The notes under the pieces are model-generated. The model saw only the letters and a program-made list of their open reading frames with translations, was not told the DNA's origin and ran no database searches. Source: Candidatus Multivorans sp. (lineage in GTDB: Bacteria; Acidobacteriota; Thermoanaerobaculia; Multivoradales; Multivoraceae). From it: 64,000 nt of DNA. Both the position numbers and the translations under genes were made by a program. Of the stretch, positions 10,804 to 19,897 are shown piece by piece. The number at the start of each line of letters is the position of its first letter. The stretch's first letter is position 1. The stretch is taken from NCBI GenBank assembly GCA_965203495.1, contig CBDBDB010000016.1, forward strand, positions 72,719 through 136,718, written 5' to 3'.

Positions 10804-11655
10804 TCAGGAAACGGCGCGCACGGACGCCGAGCGCAGCGCGACGGAACGGCACGCCTTGAACAAGACGGGCACGAACACGCGCGGACTCGCCACGCAGGCG
10901 TAGTGGTCGGCATCGATCCGATGAACCTCCGCACCCGGAATGGCGTCCGCCATCGCCGCCTGACGCCGGGCCGGGACGTGCTCGTCCCGCAGCGTGACCA
11001 CGACCGCGGCCGGCACGTCGACGTCGCCCAGCCAATTGCTCGAGTCGAAGCGCGCGAGCGCGGCGCCGGCCTCGATCACCGAGGCGGGCTCCGTCGATCC
11101 CATCTCTGCCTTCCATGCCAGACGCCGGCCAGGGTCCCGAACGTTCTCGAGCATCCGTTCGCCCAGACCGTCCCACACCGACTGGGGCGCCGCCCGCGCC
11201 GCGAGCGACAGCAGCGGACCGAGAGTCGACGCGGCCCGCCTGGCCCGAGGTCCGCCGAACCGGAAGCTCGTCGCGCAGAGCGCCAGCCCGGCGGTCCGGT
11301 CGCGGTGGCGCCGCCAGAACAGCTGCGCCACCGCGCCTCCCATCGAGTAGCCGACGGGGATCACCCGCTCGAGGCCCAGCCGATCGGCCAGGGCGGCGGC
11401 GTCGTCGGCGCAGTCTTCCAGCTTGAAGGCGCCGATCCGCCGGATCCCCCGACCGTGGCCTCGGTGATCGAGCGCGACGACCCGGAAGCCGCGTGCCAGC
11501 GCGGCGAAGCTGGTCGACCAGTTCAGGAGCGCGGTCGCCGCAAGGCCGTGCAGCAACAGCAGCGCGGGGGCGCCGGGCGGACCGGCCAGGTCATGGGCCC
11601 AGGTCGCGCCGCGGCCCGGCAGGTCGATCCGGCGGCCCGTCGACAAGGGGTCCAC
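10804..11655 (-). CDS. alpha/beta hydrolase
   Basis: Nucleophile elbow GYSMGG, with HGLAATAL...DHRGHG upstream. GTG start at 11655 lies 10 nt after the stop of the upstream SIS gene, preceded by GAGGA. Confidence 0.75.
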   Translation of the reverse strand: MDPLSTGRRIDLPGRGATWAHDLAGPPGAPALLLLHGLAATALLNWSTSFAALARGFRVVALDHRGHGRGIRRIGAFKLEDCADDAAALADRLGLERVIPVGYSMGGAVAQLFWRRHRDRTAGLALCATSFRFGGPRARRAASTLGPLLSLAARAAPQSVWDGLGERMLENVRDPGRRLAWKAEMGSTEPASVIEAGAALARFDSSNWLGDVDVPAAVVVTLRDEHVPARRQAAMADAIPGAEVHRIDADHYACVASPRVFVPVLFKACRSVALRSASVRAVS

Positions 11656-11665
11656 GGGGCAGTCC

Positions 11666-12271
11666 TCAGGCGTAGCGCCCGGTTCGCTGGGTGCGAGCGT
11701 GGACGTCGTCGACCACCCAGTGAAAGAGGCACATGTGCAGGCTTTCGACCATGCCCATGTCGTGCAGCTCGACATGGACGCCGTCCTGCTGGATCTCCTT
11801 CAGCCGTCCGCCGTCGAAGCCGGTCAGACCGAACGTGCGGAGTCCATGACGATTCGCCCAGTCCACGGCGGCCAGCACGTTCGGGCTGGCGCCGGAACCG
11901 CTGAAGGCGATCAACGCGTCGCCCGCAACGGCGGCGCTCATCAACTGCTGGACGAAGATCTGCTCGTAGTCCAGGTCGTTCGCGACCGCCGTGATCCAGG
12001 GTACGTTGTCCGTCAGGCTGACCACCCGCAGCCGCCGGCGCGACTCGTCCCGCAGACGGTCGGCCGCCACGCCGCCCTTGCCCAGGTCGACGCTCAGGTG
12101 ACTCGCGGCCGCGGCGGAGCCGCCGTTGCCGACCAGGAACAGCGTGCCGCCCCGGCGCCAGGCGTCGAAGACGAAGTCGGCCCAACGCGCCACCGACGCC
12201 GCGTCGATCCGCGCCAGCTCTCCCCGCAGGCGGTCAACGTAGGCCGAGACGTCGAGCGTCGTGCCGAGCAT
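11666..12271 (-). CDS. SIS-domain sugar phosphate isomerase (GmhA / phosphoheptose isomerase-like)
   Basis: 201 aa with FLVGNGGSAAAASH...IAFSGSGASPNVL, typical of GmhA/DiaA SIS proteins. Confidence 0.8.
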   Translation of the reverse strand: MLGTTLDVSAYVDRLRGELARIDAASVARWADFVFDAWRRGGTLFLVGNGGSAAAASHLSVDLGKGGVAADRLRDESRRRLRVVSLTDNVPWITAVANDLDYEQIFVQQLMSAAVAGDALIAFSGSGASPNVLAAVDWANRHGLRTFGLTGFDGGRLKEIQQDGVHVELHDMGMVESLHMCLFHWVVDDVHARTQRTGRYA

Positions 12272-12347
12272 GACGGCATCGTAGCGGAAGGCAGGGGGCG
12301 CCGACGGCGGAAGGCCCGGGGCGAGCGGGCGCGATGCTGGGCGACCC

Positions 12348-13007
12348 TCACCTGGGTTCGCGGGTCACGCGGTCCGCCGGCGCCTGGCAGATGCGGCGCA
12401 TCCGGTGGCTGCCGGCCTGGGGATGGGTCCAGCGCAGCTCGTCGCCCTCCATCCATCGTTCCACCCGGATCCAAGGGATGCCGTAAGCGTCCATTTCGAG
12501 GACGCCGTCCCGATAGCGCGTCCGGTTGCGGATCCGCAGGCAGCTCGGGTTCACGTCGTTGGCGCCATTCCGAAAAGTGCCGTCCGCGCGCATGTCGTGA
12601 ATCAGTCCGAACGTGGTGACGACAACCCGGTCGCCGCACTGCTCGACCCGCTCCAGGTGACCGCTGTCTTTGTCCAGCCACAGACCGCGCAGATCGGGCG
12701 CCCCGTCGACAAGCGGCTCCGTGCACTCGGCCAGCACGGGCAGCGGCCACGCCGTCCAGCCATCGCAGCCTGGCGTGTAGGCGACCGGAATCTCGTCCGC
12801 CGTCAGGCCGGAGCCGTCGAGGATCGGCAGGTTGCAGTGGTTGACGTCGTCGCCGCCGCCGGCGCGCAGCCTCGCCTCCGTGGTATCCGGCGGCCGCGGC
12901 GCCGCGCGGAGGTAGATGGCGGCCGCCGACACGGCGGCGGCGGCAAGCGCCGCGACGGCGACCGCCGCGAGCAACGCTCGCCGAAACAGCCTGCGCCGGT
13001 CGGCCAC
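12348..13007 (-). CDS. hypothetical Cys-containing secreted/membrane-anchored protein
   Basis: 219 aa. N-terminal Arg-rich region plus hydrophobic helix (LLAAVAVAALAAAAVSAAAIY), then a globular domain with 6 Cys. High GC3 codon usage. Sits 13 bp downstream of the dehalogenase in the same orientation. Confidence 0.55.
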   Translation of the reverse strand: MADRRRLFRRALLAAVAVAALAAAAVSAAAIYLRAAPRPPDTTEARLRAGGGDDVNHCNLPILDGSGLTADEIPVAYTPGCDGWTAWPLPVLAECTEPLVDGAPDLRGLWLDKDSGHLERVEQCGDRVVVTTFGLIHDMRADGTFRNGANDVNPSCLRIRNRTRYRDGVLEMDAYGIPWIRVERWMEGDELRWTHPQAGSHRMRRICQAPADRVTREPR

Positions 13008-13019
13008 GTCTCTTCCGAT

Positions 13020-14048
13020 CTACCCGCCGGCCGGCGTCTGCTCGACGAAATCGGCGACGATCGCGGCCAGTTCCACGCCCCGGCCTTCCTGGAGGAAGTG
13101 TCCGCCGCCCTCGATTGTCCGGTGCGGCTGCCCCTTCGCTCCCGGAACACGCTCCTCGAACGGTCCGCGCGCCGCGGCCGTCACCGGGTCGTTGTCCGAG
13201 AAGGCGCAGAGGAACGGCTTGGTCCACTCCGAAAAGACCCTCCACGCTTCGATCTGCGCCGGCGCCGAAGGGTCGTTCGGCAGCATCGGCACCCGGCTGG
13301 GCATGGCGCGAATCCCGGCCTTGAAGGACGGATCGGGGAAGGGCGCGTCGTAGGCCGCGATCTCCTCGGCCGTCAGCGTCACCCCGTCGACCATGCCCGC
13401 GAGCAGCATCCCGACCGGGATGTCCTCCGTCTCCCAGGTCCACTTCTGCCAGTACGCGAACTTCATGGCCGGATCGGTCCCCATCTGCGCGATCTGCCGC
13501 TGCATCTCCGCGATGGTCGGCGTCGGCGCCTCCGCCCGGAACGTCGCGATCTTCCGCATCGTCTCCTCCGGCACGCTGATCGGCAGCGGCAGACCGGTGT
13601 TCGCGGCGACGATGCGGTCGAAGCGGGCCGGGTCGAGGGCCGCCATCCGCAACCCGATCAATCCTCCCCAGTCCTGGCCGACCAGGGTCGCATGGACGAC
13701 GCCGTTGCCGCGCAGCCAGGCGCTCAGCCAGTCGACCTGTCGCTGGTACGTATAGTCGTCCCGCTCGGTCGGCTTGTCGGACCGGCCGTAGCCGACGAGG
13801 TCCGGCGCCATGACGCGCATCCCCCGCTCCGCCAGCACGGGGATCATCCGGCGGTAAAGAAAGCTCCAGGTCGGCTGGCCATGCATGAGAAGAACCACCG
13901 GGCCGTCCGCCGGGCCCGCCTCCACATGGTGGATCCGGATGCCTCCGCCCTCGCCGTCACCCCTGGGGACGACGGTGTAGCGAGGCTCGTAGTCGAAGTC
14001 GGGCAGGTTCTCGAAGCGTTCGTCCGGCGTGCGAAGGACTTCCATCAT
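13020..14048 (-). CDS. haloalkane dehalogenase (DhlA-like, alpha/beta hydrolase fold)
   Basis: 342 aa with near-collinear similarity to Xanthobacter DhlA: MMEVLRTPDERFENL..., HGQPTWSFLYRRMIP (compare HGEPTWSYLYRKMIP), VGQDWGG nucleophile motif, and C-terminal GGGHFLQE. ATGATG start at 14048. Confidence 0.88.
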   Translation of the reverse strand: MMEVLRTPDERFENLPDFDYEPRYTVVPRGDGEGGGIRIHHVEAGPADGPVVLLMHGQPTWSFLYRRMIPVLAERGMRVMAPDLVGYGRSDKPTERDDYTYQRQVDWLSAWLRGNGVVHATLVGQDWGGLIGLRMAALDPARFDRIVAANTGLPLPISVPEETMRKIATFRAEAPTPTIAEMQRQIAQMGTDPAMKFAYWQKWTWETEDIPVGMLLAGMVDGVTLTAEEIAAYDAPFPDPSFKAGIRAMPSRVPMLPNDPSAPAQIEAWRVFSEWTKPFLCAFSDNDPVTAAARGPFEERVPGAKGQPHRTIEGGGHFLQEGRGVELAAIVADFVEQTPAGG

Positions 14049-14248
14049 GCGTGTTCTCCGGCCCGGCAACGAGCGGCACGTTTCAAGGAGGGCAGAGGAT
14101 AGCAATCCCTTCCAGGCACTCCGACCGGCGTCACGCTCGCCGGCGACGACGCGGCCGACCCCGCGAAGTCGCGACGCCCGCTCGCCGACGCGCCCAGCCC
14201 GGCGCCGCGGGGCAAGCGGCGCCGCAACGTCCCCGGCTGGCGGCGCTC

Positions 14249-14788
14249 CTACTCGCCGGTCCCCGCCGGCTCGATCACGCCGTACATCAGGCCGCCGACC
14301 GACCCGTGGTTCCAGGTCCCGGCGTAGCGCTCGTCGTGGAACAGAACCCTCGCCCCGAACTGGTCGCCCAGGCCGGGAATCTCGAAGTCCGTGATGCTGA
14401 CCATAGGCGTGTCGCCAGCCCAGACGATCGGGACGACGACCGGCAACGTGACGTCGACCGTCATGTAGACGACGCGGACGTCGAAGCGCCAGCGGTCGCC
14501 TTCCCCCTCGAGCCTGGAGACGCTCGCGATCTCGTAGCGCTCCGGGTTCCGGTCGCGGCTGACGCCCTCCGCCTCTTCGATCCCGGGGACGTTCTCGATC
14601 GTGAAGTGCCCCACCAGGTCGACGTTCCGCATCCGCTCGGCGAACGCGCGCTCCCGCTCCGAAAGATCCTCCAGCGGAACGGTGCGCCCGAGGCCGGTCA
14701 CGCCGACAAGCCAGCCGACGCCGTAGCCGAGGCCGAGCAGCACGAGGCCGACCGTCGCCGCGACGATCCGGAGTGTCGCCTTCTTCAT
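14249..14788 (-). CDS. hypothetical membrane-anchored protein
   Basis: 179 aa starting MKKATLRIVAATVGLVLLGLGYG (signal/anchor). Coding-like GC3 bias. No recognisable family. Confidence 0.5.
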   Translation of the reverse strand: MKKATLRIVAATVGLVLLGLGYGVGWLVGVTGLGRTVPLEDLSERERAFAERMRNVDLVGHFTIENVPGIEEAEGVSRDRNPERYEIASVSRLEGEGDRWRFDVRVVYMTVDVTLPVVVPIVWAGDTPMVSITDFEIPGLGDQFGARVLFHDERYAGTWNHGSVGGLMYGVIEPAGTGE

Positions 14789-15040
14789 CGTTGCGCGTGA
14801 ACGTAGCCTCCGACCGCACCGACGTCAACCGGAAACCGGAACTGATGGAACCCAGGCTCGGCACGACCTGAAACACGCAGAAGCCGCGCGACGCGACGGG
14901 GCCTGCTTCGCAGCAGGGCGGCGGCGAACCTCCGCACCGGGCGTGAACCCGACGCGGAGGCCGTCTTGAACTCGTTCCCTGAACCCGAGGAGTCGCGTGA
15001 GGCCCATTCAGACGCGGAAGAGCGGCGACGTCTCCGGCTC

Positions 15041-16342
15041 CTACTCGACGGGGAACGGGTTGTCCGGCACAAGTTCCCGGCCCTCGTGGGACGAGGCTGA
15101 GCGAGAAGGACACACGATGGTGAACTGGTTCCTCGTGACGATCCACCTCGGACTGCCTCTCGTCGTCTTGTAGGTCGCGATCGCCTTGATCCTGGGGGTC
15201 ACCTGGTCCCTTATGTTCTCGTCTTGAAGGTTCTTTTCGGCAGCTACGAGCTCCACCAACAGCGGCAGGGAGACGTTGTTCGTCTTGCTGCAGAAGCTCT
15301 CGTCCTTCCTGATCTCGATTTTCGCGCCGCGGCCGAACCCGGTCACCCTGACGCCCCACTTGAATCTTGCGTTTGGGTCGTTTCCATCGCCTGCGCTTGA
15401 TTCCACAAGATCGGTCGCATACGGGCCGGTGGCGCCCAGGAACGCCCGGGTGGACAAAGTCGTGAGGCTGTAGAGAGGAGCCTCAGGCGCTGGACTAACG
15501 CTCGCGAACTGGCTATGCCCCAGCCTTGCATCCGCAATACGATCGTCTTGAATATCCGTGCCCGGGGGGACGGGGTTCGTGAAGTGACCGCCGGGTTTCA
15601 TCCATGCGTAGATCCAGAACACCAGCGTACCGTCACCGCCGGGACGAGTGACGGCGCCACCGTCCGGGATCCGGATCGTCGTGCCGGTCACGGCGTTCGT
15701 GGTCGATGCATAGCCGAACGCCGAGCCGTCGCCCAGCTGGCACGAGGTGTTCAGGACGCTGTAGGTCGGCGACGCAACCGTTCCACCGGTGGTGTAGCCG
15801 CACGGCCTGACCGCCGCCGACGGCTGCTTCGGCAGGATGTTCGGCAGGATGCCGACGCGGCCGGTCGCGGTCTCCTTGAGGTAGACGGCGCCGATGCCGG
15901 CGGTCATCTTCACGCCGTCGCCGGCGCTCGCGATCTTGACCGCATCGTCCTTGAGCGCCTTGTGGACCTCCTTGTCGACGAGAAGGCCGACCGCCGAGTT
16001 CTTCTCGTCCGTGATCCAGAACCAGCCGCCGTCCATGATCGGGCCGAGCTCGAAGGAAGCCTTCTCCGCCACGCAGGCGAGGCCGTTCTCCTCGCTGAAC
16101 AACGCGCTGACCATGCCGTCGTCGTCGGGCGTGAGTTCACCGGTCCGGACAACGCCGCCGCACTGGCCGAGCCAGGTCACCTTCTTCGTGCCCTCGGTGG
16201 CCGTGGCGATGAGTCCGCCGGAGCCCATGTAGTGCGAGAGCGCGTGGGTGCAGCCGGTGCAGGTGGTCGTTACCTGCCCGACCGCCACCGCGGGAACCGC
16301 GCAGAGCGCCAGCGCGATCGGGATGTGCTTCCTCGGCTTCAT
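15041..16342 (-). CDS. hypothetical secreted protein (Gly/Thr-rich, multiple Cys)
   Basis: 433 aa with signal peptide MKPRKHIPIALALCAVPAVAVGQ. SD AAGGAAAGGA precedes the ATG. The 3' third of the gene is noticeably lower in GC than its surroundings. Confidence 0.55.
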   Translation of the reverse strand: MKPRKHIPIALALCAVPAVAVGQVTTTCTGCTHALSHYMGSGGLIATATEGTKKVTWLGQCGGVVRTGELTPDDDGMVSALFSEENGLACVAEKASFELGPIMDGGWFWITDEKNSAVGLLVDKEVHKALKDDAVKIASAGDGVKMTAGIGAVYLKETATGRVGILPNILPKQPSAAVRPCGYTTGGTVASPTYSVLNTSCQLGDGSAFGYASTTNAVTGTTIRIPDGGAVTRPGGDGTLVFWIYAWMKPGGHFTNPVPPGTDIQDDRIADARLGHSQFASVSPAPEAPLYSLTTLSTRAFLGATGPYATDLVESSAGDGNDPNARFKWGVRVTGFGRGAKIEIRKDESFCSKTNNVSLPLLVELVAAEKNLQDENIRDQVTPRIKAIATYKTTRGSPRWIVTRNQFTIVCPSRSASSHEGRELVPDNPFPVE

Positions 16343-16380
16343 CGGTCGGTCCTTTCCTTGAGGCGCTTTCGCCGCCGTCG

Positions 16381-16414
16381 TTTCAGGGGCATTTCAGGTT
16401 CGAGCTGTTTCAGG
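16381..16414. promoter_or_regulatory. three direct TTTCAGG repeats (spacing 11 and 16 nt), 39-72 nt upstream of the start of the 15041..16342 gene
   Basis: cgTTTCAGGggcaTTTCAGGttcgagctgTTTCAGGttg, seen directly. Candidate operator or transcription-factor binding array. Confidence 0.3.
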
Positions 16415-16793
16415 TTGAGCGCGGCCGCTCGGACTCGGTTCGGACCGTCGCGCGGTCCTCGACGACACGGCGCCGGCGACGTGCCGGGAGGCGAGAAACG
16501 GCGCGGGCACCTGCACGGCGCCGTCCGGACGGCCGTCGCGGGCCTGCCGTGGGTCAGAAGACGCCTGACGCCCGACCCGCGGTCACACGCCCGCGGCGGA
16601 AACCGGCCAGAAGGCCGGCGCAGCCGTACCCCGCGCGACGGCGCAGCCTCGCGCCTGCGAACGCCGCCAGGCCCGAAGGAAGCGGCAAGACAGAACGAGG
16701 GGCAGGACCGAACGCAGACCGGCCGCCGGCTGGAGACTCGACGAACCGCTACCGGCCGAACTGCTGCTTCGTCGGGAGGTTCTTCAGAATTCC

Positions 16794-16805
16794 GGGGGGG
16801 GGGGG
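16794..16805. repeat. homopolymeric G12 (C12 on the other strand) tract in a roughly 630-bp intergenic region
   Basis: ccGGGGGGGGGGGGtgagg, seen directly. Long enough for slipped-strand variation. Confidence 0.9.
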
Positions 16806-16975
16806 TGAGGCAGTTCTTCTTGCCGACGGAGCACGATTCCGCTCGTCTCCATCCCGTCGTCCTGAACTACCTTTCCGCCCATGTCCTCCTCGAGTCGACA
16901 TGTTGCCACAGTCCGTGAGCGAATCACAAGCCGAATCCGTGTGCCGCGGCGGACCTCCGGCTATTCTCCGGCCCG

Positions 16976-17503
16976 ATGCAACGACCGATCGCCACCGGCC
17001 TGACGGTCGCGGCCGCCGTTCCGCTCGCCGGCATCGCGGCGCGCTGGCTCGGTCACTACCTCCACGGCAACCGGGTCGTGCTGCACTACCGGGTGGCCGA
17101 CGCGGAGGTCCTGGAACTCGGCGCATCGGAAGCCGGCGGGCTGTTCAGCCGGGCACTGAACGTCGGCCCCCGAAGCGCGGACCTCGTCATCCAGGTGGCG
17201 CACCAGCAAGGGGGGCGCGCCTGGACGGACGGCGAAGCTGCCGGCTTTCGCCATCCCCGCGCCAACGCGCCGGATCGAGGCGAGCGCGGCGGTCCCGTCG
17301 TCGCGGCCCTGGTCGGCGCGGATTCTCGGGAGACGATCAACTTCGACCTCGTCCGCCGCCGCCTGCGGCGAGCCTGGTTCGACCGGTTTCTCCTCGATCC
17401 CCAGCGCCTCCTGCCGGGCACGAAGATGCCCCGGTTCGTCGACGAGGACGGCTACACCGCCCTCCACGATGTCTTCGATGGCCAGGCGGCCCGACAGTTC
17501 TAG
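16976..17503 (+). CDS. hypothetical protein with a class-I cytochrome c-like C-terminal Met-ligand motif (LLPGTKMPRF) but no CXXCH
   Basis: 175 aa with strong GC3 bias. N-terminal hydrophobic segment. The motif PGTKM resembles the axial-Met region of class I cytochromes c. Possibly a degenerate cytochrome. Confidence 0.4.
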   Translation: MQRPIATGLTVAAAVPLAGIAARWLGHYLHGNRVVLHYRVADAEVLELGASEAGGLFSRALNVGPRSADLVIQVAHQQGGRAWTDGEAAGFRHPRANAPDRGERGGPVVAALVGADSRETINFDLVRRRLRRAWFDRFLLDPQRLLPGTKMPRFVDEDGYTALHDVFDGQAARQF

Positions 17504-17586
17504 GCGATCTGGCGCTACCTGGGGACGATCGACTGACATGGACTCCGCGTCGAAACGCCCCGGACCAAACCGCCGGCCCGGACGCC

Positions 17587-18294
17587 CTACCTGCGCGCCG
17601 CCTGGCAGCGGGCGAACCGCTCGCCGACGCCGGGCAGCTCGTGCTCCAGCAAGGGCAGCGATTCGACGGCGGGACCGGCGCCGTGCCGGCCGCTGGCGAG
17701 TCTGGCGCTCAGGTTCGAGAAGGTCTGGAGCAGAGTCTTCGCGGTGCGCGGCGTCACGATCCCGGCGCCCATGCCGAAGGGCGGTTGCGGGTCGCTGACG
17801 GTCTCCTGGACGACGGTGATCGTTCCTTCCCGGTCGCCCGGCGAAAGCAACCAGCGGCCATGCAGGCAGAGCACGCGTTTGCCCTTGAAGGCAGGCGTCC
17901 GATCGTCCGCGCCGACCACGTCGCCGATGACGCGGCCGTCCGCGGTCCGCCACCACGCCACGCCGTTGACCGAGATCCGCCGGGAGACGCCCTTGCCGGA
18001 GACCCGCTGGCGAAGGGTCCGGAAGGGGGCGTCGTCGAGCGGCTTCGCGGTCTCTTCCGTGCACATCGCCTGCCATTCGGGACACGCGGCCGCATCGTCC
18101 AGAAGAGCGACGACCGCCGACATGGAGCCGGGAACGGTCATCGAAGCGCGCACCAGCGGGTAGTCGGCGTTGGCGATCGGGCAGGATTCGACGGTGACGG
18201 GGCCCTCGGCCTCCCGGGCTTCGCATTCGGCGGCGGCCGAGGCCGGCTGCGCGGCGAACAGCGCGAACGCCGCCAAGGTGAACGCACCAGGCAT
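17587..18294 (-). CDS. hypothetical secreted protein (possible lipid-binding SRPBCC/START-like fold, weak)
   Basis: Signal peptide MPGAFTLAAFALFAAQPASA, starting at the in-frame ATG at 18294. Coding-like composition. No confident family call. Confidence 0.5.
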   Translation of the reverse strand: MPGAFTLAAFALFAAQPASAAAECEAREAEGPVTVESCPIANADYPLVRASMTVPGSMSAVVALLDDAAACPEWQAMCTEETAKPLDDAPFRTLRQRVSGKGVSRRISVNGVAWWRTADGRVIGDVVGADDRTPAFKGKRVLCLHGRWLLSPGDREGTITVVQETVSDPQPPFGMGAGIVTPRTAKTLLQTFSNLSARLASGRHGAGPAVESLPLLEHELPGVGERFARCQAARR

Positions 18295-18415
18295 TGCCGC
18301 GCGCGTTCCGCGCACGGCAGGCTTCGATGTCCTCGCGGCGTCTGACATCCTTGACGCTCCTCCGAGTGCGCTAACCTACCCCACATCAACCCCGCACGAG
18401 AAAGGCAACTCCCAC

Positions 18416-19750
18416 ATGCCCGAACAAGAACCGAGCCGCCGCAGCGTGCTCGGCGCCGCGGTTGCCGGCGCCGGCTGGATGATCGTCCCCCGCCACGTCC
18501 TCGGACGCGGTCAGGAAGCCCCGAGCGACAAGCTGAACATCGCGGCCGTCGGCGCCGGCGGCAAGGGCCGGAGCGACGTCGCCGGCGTGGCGAGCGAGAA
18601 CGTCGTGGCGCTTTGCGACATCGACTGGCAGCGCGCCGAGCAGACCTTCGCGGCCCACCCCAACGCCGCTCGCTACCACGACTACCGCGAGCTGCTGGAC
18701 GCCCACGGCGACCTGGACGCGCTGATGGTCTCGACCGCGGACCACACGCACGCCGTGATCACCGCGGCGGCGCTGGAACGCGGCCTCCACGTCTTCACGC
18801 AGAAGCCCCTGACGCGCACGATCTGGGAGGCGCGGATGATCGGCGAGGCGGCCCGCAAGGCCGGCACGGCGACCCAGATGGGCAATCAGGGCCACGCCGC
18901 CGAGGGCACCCGTCTCATCCGCGAGTGGATCGAAGGCGGCGTGATCGGCGAAGTGAACCGCGTCGAGTACTGGACCAACCGTCCGATCTGGCCGCAGGCG
19001 ATACCGCGCCCCAAGGAAGTCCACGACGTGCCCGACCATGTCAAGTGGGACCTGTGGCTGGGGCCGGCGCCGGAACGCCCCTACCACTCCGAGTACTACC
19101 ACCCATTCGCCTGGCGCGGCTGGTGGGACTTCGGCACCGGCGCCATTGGCGACATCGCCTGCCACGCGATGGACGCGGCGTTCTGGATCTTCGACCTGCG
19201 GGACCCGGCATCGGTCCATGCCGAATCGACGCCGCTGTTCAAGGAGTCGGCCCCGGCCTCCACGCGGATCACGTTCGAGTATCCGGCGCGCGGCGACCGG
19301 CCGAAGATGACGGTGGTCTGGCGCGACGGGAACCTCACGCCGGCGATGCCCCGGATGTGGGAGGGCAAGTGGCCGCCGGGCAACAGCGGTCAGCTCTTCA
19401 TCGGCAGCAAGGGCGTGATCGTCGCCGACATCTACGCCGGCAAGCCCACGATCCACCCGTCCAGGCTGCACGAGAAGATCGCGAAGAACCCGCTGCCTCA
19501 GGTCTACGAGCGGACCGAAGGGCACTACAGGCAGTGGATCGACGCAATCAAGGCCGGCACGACGAACCCCGACGGCTCCAACTTCGCCGACCACGCGGGG
19601 CCGATGACCGAGACCGCGCTGCTCGGCAACCTGGCGGTCCGCACGCAGCGGGAGATCGTCTGGAACCCGAAGAAGCTGAAGGTGACGAACGGCGTCGAGG
19701 CGCCGCCGGAGTACATCCGGCCGACCTACAGGGACGGCTGGACGCTGTAG
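18416..19750 (+). CDS. Gfo/Idh/MocA family oxidoreductase with Tat signal
   Basis: Twin-arginine signal (SRRSVLGAAVAGAGW). Rossmann motif NIAAVGAGGKG. Gfo/Idh/MocA-type core (FTQKPL, NRVEYW...). Confidence 0.85.
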   Translation: MPEQEPSRRSVLGAAVAGAGWMIVPRHVLGRGQEAPSDKLNIAAVGAGGKGRSDVAGVASENVVALCDIDWQRAEQTFAAHPNAARYHDYRELLDAHGDLDALMVSTADHTHAVITAAALERGLHVFTQKPLTRTIWEARMIGEAARKAGTATQMGNQGHAAEGTRLIREWIEGGVIGEVNRVEYWTNRPIWPQAIPRPKEVHDVPDHVKWDLWLGPAPERPYHSEYYHPFAWRGWWDFGTGAIGDIACHAMDAAFWIFDLRDPASVHAESTPLFKESAPASTRITFEYPARGDRPKMTVVWRDGNLTPAMPRMWEGKWPPGNSGQLFIGSKGVIVADIYAGKPTIHPSRLHEKIAKNPLPQVYERTEGHYRQWIDAIKAGTTNPDGSNFADHAGPMTETALLGNLAVRTQREIVWNPKKLKVTNGVEAPPEYIRPTYRDGWTL

Positions 19751-19897
19751 CCCGCACGTTTCACGGAGGTCCGTAGCGAGGGCGCGCAGCCGCCGCTGTC
19801 GCCGGGGGGCCCTCGGACCGAGGGGCGGCGCAGGCGCAGTAGGCACTGCGTCGGGCCGACGCGAGGGAGAAGGTCCCGCTACGGCAAGCGGAACTCA

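Noticed and set aside
9851-10903. Treating the 350-aa ORF as an intact gene
   Set aside because: Only residues 1-296 resemble an RND pump, and that is an internal segment. The tail is compositionally junk. Called as a pseudogene fragment instead.
19751-19897. Long-range inverted repeat (ccgtagcg ... cgctacgg) between the convergent Gfo/Idh and STAS genes
   Set aside because: Stem arms are separated by about 100 nt and there is no U-tract. Not a credible intrinsic terminator. Probably chance complementarity in GC-rich DNA.
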